32,000 nt of DNA. It comes from Formosa sp. Hel1_33_131 (lineage in GTDB: Bacteria; Bacteroidota; Bacteroidia; Flavobacteriales; Flavobacteriaceae). Positions within the stretch are counted from its first letter, which is position 1. Each line of letters opens with the position of its first letter. The position numbers were made by a program, and so were the translations under genes. This document shows, one piece after another, positions 8,923 to 15,573 of the stretch. The notes beneath the pieces were generated by a model, which saw only the letters and a program-made list of their open reading frames with translations, was not told the origin of the DNA and ran no database searches. The stretch spans positions 2,430,001 to 2,462,000 of the forward strand of contig NZ_CP017260.1 in assembly GCF_001735745.1 (NCBI RefSeq). The letters are read 5' to 3'.

Positions 8923-10119
8923 CTAATTAAGGAATTCAAAAATCCCACACGCACCTTGTCCTGTTCCCACACACATGGTGACGGCTCCATACTTTCCATT
9001 CATTTTTTGCTTTCGCATTTCATCAAACAATTGAACCGATAGTTTTGCACCTGTACAACCTAAGGGGTGTCCTAATGAAATTGCGCCTCCATTTGGATTG
9101 ATGATATCAGGGTTGAGGTTTAATTCTCGGATCACTGCTAACGATTGAGAAGCAAAGGCTTCATTGAGTTCAATCAAAGACAAATCGTCTTGTTTTAATC
9201 CGGCTTGTTTCAATGCTTTTGGGATGGCTTTTACGGGACCAATCCCCATGATTCTTGGCTCGACACCTGCGGCTGCATAGTTGACCAATCGTGCAATCGG
9301 CTCTAAGTTTAATTCTTTTACCATGTCTTCACTCATGACCATGACAAAGGCGGCACCATCACTCATTTGTGATGAATTTCCTGCGGTTACGCTTCCACCC
9401 GCAGCAAAGACAGCTCTTAGTTTTGCTAATGCTTCATTACTCGTTCCGGCTCTTGGACCTTCATCTTTAGTGACTGTATAGGATTTTGTTGCTTTCTTTC
9501 CATTGGCATCAATATATGTTTGTTCTACATCAATCGGTACAATTTGATCTTGAAAACGATTTTCCGCTTGTGCGCGTAAGGCTTTCATGTGAGAGTTATA
9601 AGCAAACGCATCTTGATCTTCACGAGAAATTTTAAACTGATTGGCAACTGCTTCAGCCGTATTTCCCATGCCCCAATAATAATCTTCGTGACCTGCTTTT
9701 ACGATGTCGTAATTGAGTTCGGGTTTATAACCCGTCATTGGAACGCTGCTCATACTTTCAGCACCGCCCGCAATGATGCAATCAGCCATTCCAGCTTGAA
9801 TTTTTGCAGTTGCCATCCCAATCGTTTCGATTCCAGAGGAACAAAAACGGTTGACGGTGACCCCAGGAACATCTACAATATCCAATCCCATTAAAGAGAT
9901 GAGTCGTGCCATATTTAATCCTTGTGACCCTTCGGGCATCGCGTTACCAACAATCACATCGTCGATACGCTTTGGATCTAAATCAGGCAATTCTTTCATC
10001 ATGTATTTGATGGTTTCAGCTGCTAATTCATCGGTTCTTTTAAAACGGAATACACCTTTTGGTGCTTTCCCTACGGCGGTTCTGTAGGCTTTTACAATGT
10101 AAGCTTGTTTGCTATTCAT
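8923..10119 (-). CDS. acetyl-CoA C-acyltransferase (3-ketoacyl-CoA thiolase)
   Basis: Thiolase motifs VNRFCSSG (active-site Cys), NEAFA, GGAISLGHPLGCTG and CVGTGQG. Confidence 0.95.
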   Translation of the reverse strand: MNSKQAYIVKAYRTAVGKAPKGVFRFKRTDELAAETIKYMMKELPDLDPKRIDDVIVGNAMPEGSQGLNMARLISLMGLDIVDVPGVTVNRFCSSGIETIGMATAKIQAGMADCIIAGGAESMSSVPMTGYKPELNYDIVKAGHEDYYWGMGNTAEAVANQFKISREDQDAFAYNSHMKALRAQAENRFQDQIVPIDVEQTYIDANGKKATKSYTVTKDEGPRAGTSNEALAKLRAVFAAGGSVTAGNSSQMSDGAAFVMVMSEDMVKELNLEPIARLVNYAAAGVEPRIMGIGPVKAIPKALKQAGLKQDDLSLIELNEAFASQSLAVIRELNLNPDIINPNGGAISLGHPLGCTGAKLSVQLFDEMRKQKMNGKYGAVTMCVGTGQGACGIFEFLN

Positions 10120-10138
10120 GGTATTAAGATTTTTAGTA

Positions 10139-10492
10139 TTAAGTATTAAGACTTCTTTGAAGTGAGAAATTCATTTTTGTGACTTCAAGAACTTCATTTA
10201 TAATGGGTCTTACATTTTCTTCTTTTATTAAGTTTAACCTTGATGATAAATATAATTGTGTTAATAATTCATAAGAAGAACCATTTGCAATTCCTAAGAA
10301 CTGCTTAAATTCTCCATTTGTATTCCTTCCTGCCTCTTCTGAAATATTAGAAGGAATAGAAACCGCACTTCTTCGAAGTTGAGAGGTCAAACCATATCTT
10401 TCCTCTTTGGGGAAATTTTCTGATGCTTTGTAACATTTTTCAGTGATGTCCATTGCTTTTTGCCATATTTTTAAATCTTCAAATTTGTGCAT
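10139..10492 (-). CDS. four-helix-bundle protein (23S rRNA intervening-sequence protein family), paralog of 8497-8859
   Basis: FEDLKIWQKA...FPKEERYGLTSQLRRSAVSIPSNISEEAGR...FLGIANGSSYEL. Its C-terminus SLNT resembles the NSLN end of the paralog. Confidence 0.88.
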   Translation of the reverse strand: MHKFEDLKIWQKAMDITEKCYKASENFPKEERYGLTSQLRRSAVSIPSNISEEAGRNTNGEFKQFLGIANGSSYELLTQLYLSSRLNLIKEENVRPIINEVLEVTKMNFSLQRSLNT

Positions 10493-10502
10493 GGGGATAA
10501 GT

Positions 10503-10556
10503 GTTAGTTAGTATTAAGTAGTTAGTATTAAGTATTAAGTAGTTAGTATTAAGATT
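10503..10556. repeat. tandem repeat built on GTTAGTATTAAGTA (14-mer) and TATTAAG (7-mer) units
   Basis: Read directly: GTTAGTTAGTATTAAGTAGTTAGTATTAAGTATTAAGTAGTTAGTATTAAGATT. The same motif recurs at 10121-10151 on the other side of the ORF. Confidence 0.95.
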
Positions 10557-10624
10557 AAAAAAATTTCATTTAAATTATATTTTATTAGTTACCTGTCTTA
10601 GTACTTTGTACTCTATACTTTGTA

Positions 10625-13033
10625 CTAGTTACGAAGCGGTTTCCCCGTCGTCAACATATGCTGAATACGTTCCAATGTTTTTCGTTCTGTACAGAGACTC
10701 AAAAAAGCTTCTCTTTCAATGTCTAATAAATACTGTTCAGATACCAACGTTGGTTCTGATAAATCGCCACCCGCCATGACATACGCCAATTTGTTAGCGA
10801 TTTTCATATCGTGTTCCGAAATGTAGTTGCTATCCTGCATAGAGTCTGTTCCTACTAAAAACATCCCTAAAGCTTGTTTGCCCAATACTTTTACATCCGT
10901 TCTCATGATAGGTTGTGTGTATCCACTTTCAGCCATTAATTTAGCATGTTGTTTTGCAACCGCTATCTGTCTGTGTTTATTGACGACTACTACATCTTTT
11001 CCTTTTTGCAAAAGGTTTAAGTCGAATGCTTCATAAGCAGAAGTTGATACTTTTGCCATCCCAATGGTTAAAAAATGTTCTTGTAATACATTCAATTGAA
11101 CATCTCCTTTTTGGAAGGTATCGGAAGCTCTAAGAGCCATTTCTTTTGAACCCCCTCCGCCAGGGATTACCCCAACACCAAATTCTACAAGTCCCATATA
11201 GGTTTCTGCTGCAGCGACTATTTTATCGGCGTGTAAAGACAATTCACAACCGCCTCCTAAAGCCATACCGTGTGGTGCTGCTACCGTTGGAATGGAGGAA
11301 TAACGCATGCGCATCATGGTGTCTTGAAAGTATTTAATTGCCATATTGAGCTCGTCATATTCTTGCTCTGCAGCCATCATAAAAATCATTCCAATATTAG
11401 CACCCACTGAAAAATTCGCCCCTTGATTTCCAACGACTAAACCAGCAAAATCTTTTTCAGCCAAATCAATCGCATTATTTAAGCCTGCCAATACATCCCC
11501 GCCTATGGTGTTCATTTTAGAACGGAATTCACAGTTGAGAATGCCATCGCCTAAATCTTCAATCACCACGCCCGAATTTTTAAAGACTTCGTTAGATTTT
11601 CGAATGTTATCTAGGATGATAAAACTATCCTGCCCAGGGATTTTTTCTTGTGTCTTTTTAGGAATATCATAAGCACAAGTCGCTCCATTTTTAACCGTAT
11701 AAAAAGAAGTGTTTCCAGAAGCTAGCATGTCGTTCACCCAAGCAGCGGGTTCCAAACCTTCGGCTTTCATTAATTCAATTCCTTTTTCAACGCCAATCGC
11801 ATCCCAAATTTGGAAGGGGCCATGCTCCCAGCCAAATCCTGCTTTCATGGCATCGTCAATCTTATAAAGTTCCTCTGTAATTTCAGGAATTCGATTAGAG
11901 ACGTAACCAAAGAGTGCGGTAAAACTTTTACGGTAAAATTCGCCCGCCTTGTCTTTTCCTGCAACTAAAACTTTGAAACGATCAATGACGTTATCAATTG
12001 TTTTGGTTAATTCTAATGTGGCAAATTTTGCTTTTTGAGCCGAACGGTATTCAAGTGTGTTCAGGTCTAAAGTTAAAATTTCTTTTTTGCCTTCGGCAGA
12101 TACATTTTTCTTATAAAATCCTTGACCCGTTTTGCTGCCCAACCATTTGTTTTCCACCATGGTGTTGATGAAATCTGGAAGTTGAAAGGATTCTAAGCGT
12201 TCATCGTCTTTACAGTTTTCTGCAATTCCGTTAGCAACATGTACCAAGGTGTCCAAACCAACAACGTCCACCGTTCTAAAAGTGGCCGATTTTGGTCTGC
12301 CAATGACGGGACCTGTTAATTTATCAACAGCTTCAACAGTCATGTCCATGTCTTTAACTGCATGAAACAAACTCATAATGCTAAAAATTCCAATACGGTT
12401 TCCTATAAATGCAGGGGTGTCTTTGGCAATGACAGCCGTTTTTCCTAAAAATTGCTCTCCATAGCTTCCTAAGAACTCAAGAACTTCGGGATCTGTTTTT
12501 GGCCCTGGGATAATTTCAAACAATTGTAAATAACGCGCAGGGTTAAAAAAGTGCGTTCCACAAAAGTGTTTTTGGAAATCGTCACTGCGTCCTTCACTCA
12601 TGAATTTTATAGGAATTCCTGATGTGTTGGATGTAATTAAAGTGCCCGGCGTTCTGTGTTTTTCTAAGTTTTCAAACACCATTTTTTTGATGTCCAAACG
12701 TTCAACCACCACTTCCATGATCCAATCCACATCGGCTACTTTTGCGATGTCATCTTCCAAGTTACCGGTCGTAATTCGCTGGGCGAATTTTTGATGGTAA
12801 ATAGGGGAGGGCTTTGATTTTAAAGAGGTAGTAAGGGCTTCGTTCACCAATCGGTTTCTGACAGCTTTGTCTTCTAAAGTTAAGCCTTTAGCTTTTTCTT
12901 TGGCGTTGAGTTCTCTGGGAACAATATCTAAAAGTAATACATCGACTCCAATATTGGCAAAATGGCAAGCAATTCCGCTGCCCATGATTCCAGATCCAAT
13001 AATGGCAATTTTTTTGATTCGTCTTGTTTTCAT
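10625..13033 (-). CDS. fused 3-hydroxyacyl-CoA dehydrogenase / enoyl-CoA hydratase (FadB/FadJ-like)
   Basis: N-terminal Rossmann motif IAIIGSGIMGSGIA and 3-HCDH region. The C-terminal half is crotonase-like (GGGCELSLHAD). Confidence 0.93.
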   Translation of the reverse strand: MKTRRIKKIAIIGSGIMGSGIACHFANIGVDVLLLDIVPRELNAKEKAKGLTLEDKAVRNRLVNEALTTSLKSKPSPIYHQKFAQRITTGNLEDDIAKVADVDWIMEVVVERLDIKKMVFENLEKHRTPGTLITSNTSGIPIKFMSEGRSDDFQKHFCGTHFFNPARYLQLFEIIPGPKTDPEVLEFLGSYGEQFLGKTAVIAKDTPAFIGNRIGIFSIMSLFHAVKDMDMTVEAVDKLTGPVIGRPKSATFRTVDVVGLDTLVHVANGIAENCKDDERLESFQLPDFINTMVENKWLGSKTGQGFYKKNVSAEGKKEILTLDLNTLEYRSAQKAKFATLELTKTIDNVIDRFKVLVAGKDKAGEFYRKSFTALFGYVSNRIPEITEELYKIDDAMKAGFGWEHGPFQIWDAIGVEKGIELMKAEGLEPAAWVNDMLASGNTSFYTVKNGATCAYDIPKKTQEKIPGQDSFIILDNIRKSNEVFKNSGVVIEDLGDGILNCEFRSKMNTIGGDVLAGLNNAIDLAEKDFAGLVVGNQGANFSVGANIGMIFMMAAEQEYDELNMAIKYFQDTMMRMRYSSIPTVAAPHGMALGGGCELSLHADKIVAAAETYMGLVEFGVGVIPGGGGSKEMALRASDTFQKGDVQLNVLQEHFLTIGMAKVSTSAYEAFDLNLLQKGKDVVVVNKHRQIAVAKQHAKLMAESGYTQPIMRTDVKVLGKQALGMFLVGTDSMQDSNYISEHDMKIANKLAYVMAGGDLSEPTLVSEQYLLDIEREAFLSLCTERKTLERIQHMLTTGKPLRN

Positions 13034-13052
13034 CTAAGTATATATAGTGTTG

Positions 13053-13484
13053 TTAGAATATTTTTTTATTTGATATGAGGTTCATAATAGAATCCGATAC
13101 TTCATAAAAGTGGTTCAGCTTTTCTTCTGAAATTTCATTTTTAATCACACTGTTAAACTGTAAAACAATTTGTTTTACTTCCTCTCTGTTTTTAAGCCCC
13201 GATTCCGTCAGATGTATCAGTACACCACGACCATCATTTGGATTGGGTAAGCGTTCAATTAAACTCAAGCCTTCCAAGGTTTTTAAAATTCTTGATAGAC
13301 TTGTAGCTTCCATTCCCATTTTTGGACCCAATGATGTTGAAGGCGTCCCATTTTGTGGGTCCACACTTAGGAGGGTGAAACCTGTTGCCATTGTGATTCC
13401 ATTATCTGAAGCCTCTTCATTATACATTTTTTGAACCGCCAACCATGTGGTTCTCAAAACATAATCTATCGTTTTATCTTTCAT
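13053..13484 (-). CDS. MarR-family transcriptional regulator, first gene of the beta-oxidation operon
   Basis: Winged-helix region ...MEATSLSRILKTLEGLSLIERLPNPNDGRGVLIHLTESG. I prefer the ATG at 13484 (MKDKTIDYVLR...) over the track's TTG at 13508, because that TTG lies inside a TAnnTTTG -7 box. Confidence 0.85.
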   Translation of the reverse strand: MKDKTIDYVLRTTWLAVQKMYNEEASDNGITMATGFTLLSVDPQNGTPSTSLGPKMGMEATSLSRILKTLEGLSLIERLPNPNDGRGVLIHLTESGLKNREEVKQIVLQFNSVIKNEISEEKLNHFYEVSDSIMNLISNKKIF

Positions 13485-13505
13485 GCGTATTTTAATATCT
13501 AAACT

Positions 13506-13513
13506 CAAAGATA
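13506..13513 (-). promoter_or_regulatory. Bacteroidota-type -7 promoter box TATCTTTG for the MarR/beta-oxidation operon
   Basis: The minus strand reads TATCTTTG, matching the TAnnTTTG consensus, 21 nt upstream of the ATG at 13484. Confidence 0.45.
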
Positions 13514-13523
13514 GGTAAATATA

Positions 13524-13568
13524 TTATGCATGCATAGTAAAAAGCAAAAAAGTTATGCATGCATAGTA
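13524..13568. promoter_or_regulatory. duplicated operator-like palindrome, candidate MarR binding sites
   Basis: TTATGCATGCATAGTA occurs identically at 13524-13539 and 13553-13568. The core TATGCATGCATA (13525-13536 and 13554-13565) is a perfect 12-bp palindrome. The copies are 29 bp apart, and the proximal one sits where a -33 element would be. Confidence 0.6.
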
Positions 13569-13600
13569 TTATTTTGTATTTCTTTACGGTTAACTGCGTC

Positions 13601-13626
13601 GCTGTCGCACGAATCCTTTCGTGTGG
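13601..13626 (+). repeat. GC-rich hairpin repeat, copy 1 (inverted relative to copies 2 and 3)
   Basis: CGCACGAATCCTTTCGTGTGG at 13606-13626 is the exact reverse complement of the 21-bp core of copies 2 and 3. Stem CGCACGAA/TTCGTGTG, loop TCCT. Confidence 0.9.
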
Positions 13627-13724
13627 CTATAAACTTCTTCATCCTTTAGGTGTTTTTACGGGCTTAATTATATCCTAAAAGTATAACTGTTTATTATTGA
13701 TTTGCGTTAGTGTTGTCGATTATC

Positions 13725-13749
13725 AAAAAAAACAGATGAATCAATCTGT
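13725..13749 (-). terminator. weak rho-independent terminator downstream of the 142-aa ORF
   Basis: Minus-strand hairpin ACAGAT-tgattc-ATCTGT followed by a U-run (plus-strand A-run 13725-13732). The stem is only 6 bp and AT-rich. Confidence 0.35.
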
Positions 13750-13788
13750 AAGTTTTTAGGTTGTTTATCGTTGGTTATAAATCCCACA

Positions 13789-13814
13789 CCACACGAAAGG
13801 ATTCGTGCGGTAGC
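13789..13814 (-). repeat. GC-rich hairpin repeat, copy 2
   Basis: Core CCACACGAAAGGATTCGTGCG at 13789-13809. As minus-strand RNA it forms a 9-bp stem (CCGCACGAA/UUCGUGUGG) with a UCCU loop. An extra outer stem AATCCCA (13780-13786) / TGGGATT (13815-13821) is possible. It lies 99 nt downstream of the 142-aa ORF stop. Confidence 0.9.
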
Positions 13815-13912
13815 TGGGATTAAAAGAAATTCACCTTACGTTGATTTTATGAAATATGCAGCTTAAAATTAATTGAAATTTTATTTGTTTAAGTCATAGA
13901 ATACGGAGTGGG

Positions 13913-14341
13913 TTAATTATTTATCTGTCTATTTTTAATTTGTATATAAATCCCTCCAATCAGCATAGTAGCCATACTGAGAAGCCATAACCAATAACCA
14001 AATTCATAGCCTGTAATTTCTCCGTAGTTCCCTGCTTCATTTATAATAATTTCATTGAATAGAAGGAAACTTAACCCTATAAGCAGTGATATTAAACTCA
14101 ATACCAATGAAGTTTTTTTCTTACTATTAAATAGAATCCAGGAAACAATTAAAAGTGGATTGGCAAGCCAAGTTAAACATGCACCTCCAATAAATAAACC
14201 AAAAAAACCAGATAAAAATATTAGCATTCCACTGCCTATTTCACCACAATCACCATTTGTGCAATATGCTCTTTGACTCAATGAAATTAAAAAGAGACCA
14301 ATACTAATTACTAAAAAATATTTTTTCTTAATACGAACCAT
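13913..14341 (-). CDS. hypothetical multi-pass membrane protein (4-5 predicted TM segments)
   Basis: Hydrophobic segments FLVISIGLFLISL, MLIFLSGFFGLFIGGACLTWL, LLIVSWILF, LVLSLISLLIGLSFLLF and WLWLLSMATMLIGGIYI. I recognise no family motif. Very AT-rich. Confidence 0.6.
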   Translation of the reverse strand: MVRIKKKYFLVISIGLFLISLSQRAYCTNGDCGEIGSGMLIFLSGFFGLFIGGACLTWLANPLLIVSWILFNSKKKTSLVLSLISLLIGLSFLLFNEIIINEAGNYGEITGYEFGYWLWLLSMATMLIGGIYIQIKNRQINN

Positions 14342-14427
14342 TTATTGCATTTCTAAATTTATAGTTGAGATTGGTTTATTTACTTTTTTATAATCCGCTA
14401 AGTCAAAGATTTTGTGGAGCTGTGATA

Positions 14428-14453
14428 CCACACGAAAGGATTCGTGCGGCAGC
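14428..14453 (-). repeat. GC-rich hairpin repeat, copy 3
   Basis: Core CCACACGAAAGGATTCGTGCG at 14428-14448, identical to copy 2, flanked by GCTG (14419-14422) and CAGC (14450-14453). It lies 61 nt downstream of the 280-aa ORF stop. Confidence 0.9.
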
Positions 14454-14513
14454 GGGGGTTTCGTTCATTCAAATGGTAGGTAACGGTTTGGCTAAACTGC
14501 GTTTTAATGCAGT

Positions 14514-15356
14514 TTAGGTTTTGTTATCGTTATAGTCAATTACAGTGAAATATTTTTTAAATGACACTCCTTTTAAGATAGTAAATTCTTCATTTTGATA
14601 ATTTAGAGTCAAAGGACTCTGAACATTTAAATAAAAGCTACCGCTATGACCAATCCAAATTACTCGATATTCATTGTCCAAGGAATAACTATTTGGTTTT
14701 ATGAATAAATAATCTAAGTGCAAAGCATTGGAATGAAATTTTTTATCTATTTCTTTTTTAAATTCTTTAAAAGACCCATTTTTTAATACTCTATCTTTAT
14801 ATTCAATCATTTTAGAGCAAGAAATTAAAGAGTACCGATTAACCTTATTGTTCATTTTTTTTGTGATTAATTTAATTAATTCATTAGGGTTATTCACTTT
14901 TAAAAGTGCTACATCCTTTGCTAAACCAATACTTTCTCTAATTAAATGAATAACCTCCTCTCTCTTTTCTTTAGATATGTTTTTAGGAATAAGAGATAAC
15001 GATAAAGAGTATGGATTACCAATAGCTATAGGTTGATTTTTAATTGATAATCCTCCACTTCCTTTTATAGCTTTAAATTTTTTTGTTGCTTCAATTCCAA
15101 TATACTTTTTACAATCTTTACCTCTAAGCGTCCATTCCTCTTTGTCGGTATTTTCCCAATCTATCGAAATTGTCATTTCACCACTATCACATCTAGCATC
15201 ATTAAATTTTTTATTTCTTACAACTGAACCTATAAGAAAATTTCCTTCTTTACAAGATTTTAAGTCCTTTAAATCAATAAATTTAATGACATCAAAATCA
15301 TTTATAATATATTCTGGAATGCCCCCTAATGTGGTATTATTTCTGAATTTATACAT
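14514..15356 (-). CDS. hypothetical soluble protein, 280 aa, orphan (faint DUF2971-like motifs)
   Basis: Long ORF with no signal peptide or TM segment. 14 G+C in the 60 nt at 14521-14580, against 26 in a purL line. The motifs MYKFR, KKFNDARCD and NEYRVIW faintly recall DUF2971. This is from memory only. Confidence 0.55.
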   Translation of the reverse strand: MYKFRNNTTLGGIPEYIINDFDVIKFIDLKDLKSCKEGNFLIGSVVRNKKFNDARCDSGEMTISIDWENTDKEEWTLRGKDCKKYIGIEATKKFKAIKGSGGLSIKNQPIAIGNPYSLSLSLIPKNISKEKREEVIHLIRESIGLAKDVALLKVNNPNELIKLITKKMNNKVNRYSLISCSKMIEYKDRVLKNGSFKEFKKEIDKKFHSNALHLDYLFIKPNSYSLDNEYRVIWIGHSGSFYLNVQSPLTLNYQNEEFTILKGVSFKKYFTVIDYNDNKT

Positions 15357-15424
15357 TATTTTTCTTAACGATAACTAGCGTATATAAACCACTAGTGGTG
15401 TTTATTTTCATTATATTTTGTTTG

Positions 15425-15467
15425 GAGTGGTTCAATACATCCCAAATTGGCGTGTATTGAACCACTC
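15425..15467. repeat. 43-bp near-perfect palindrome / long hairpin upstream of the 280-aa ORF
   Basis: GAGTGGTTCAATACA (15425-15439) pairs perfectly over 15 bp with TGTATTGAACCACTC (15453-15467). The spacer contains the sub-palindrome CCAAATTGG. Confidence 0.9.
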
Positions 15468-15573
15468 TAGTTCCCCAAGTGTTATCTAAAATTTAAATAA
15501 AAAAATCGCTTACAATTGGTTAAGCTGCTTATGAAGATTTAGACTTGGGAGCTAAAATCAAAGATAAACTTAT

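Noticed and set aside
8497-10492. Four-helix-bundle genes as evidence of a real rRNA intervening sequence
   Set aside because: No rRNA sequence is present. Both genes sit between protein-coding genes of a metabolic operon.
13485-13508. TTG start at 13508 for the MarR gene (ORF-track coordinates)
   Set aside because: The TTG lies inside the TATCTTTG -7 box. The ATG at 13484 gives the typical MKDKTIDY... N-terminus and a sensible leader.
13789-13809. tRNA-like fragment (GGATTCGTG resembles a T-arm)
   Set aside because: No acceptor, D or anticodon arms can be drawn around it, and the same 21-mer is simply a repeated hairpin.
13601-14453. Hairpin repeats as a CRISPR array
   Set aside because: There are only three copies with very unequal spacing (about 160 bp and about 620 bp). 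One copy is inverted and protein-coding ORFs lie between copies. No cas genes are in the window.
13601-14453. Hairpin repeats as integron attC sites (a CALIN-like cassette array)
   Set aside because: The ORF-then-hairpin layout is suggestive. However, there is no integrase, I could not find clear RYYYAAC/GTTRRRY core sites flanking the stems, and copy 1 is in the opposite orientation. I keep it only as a remote possibility under the repeat finding.
14494-14515. Hairpin AAACTGC-N8-GCAGTTT overlapping the 280-aa ORF stop as its terminator
   Set aside because: The stem is only 7 bp, no U-run follows on the minus strand, and the stronger GC-rich repeat hairpin lies just downstream.
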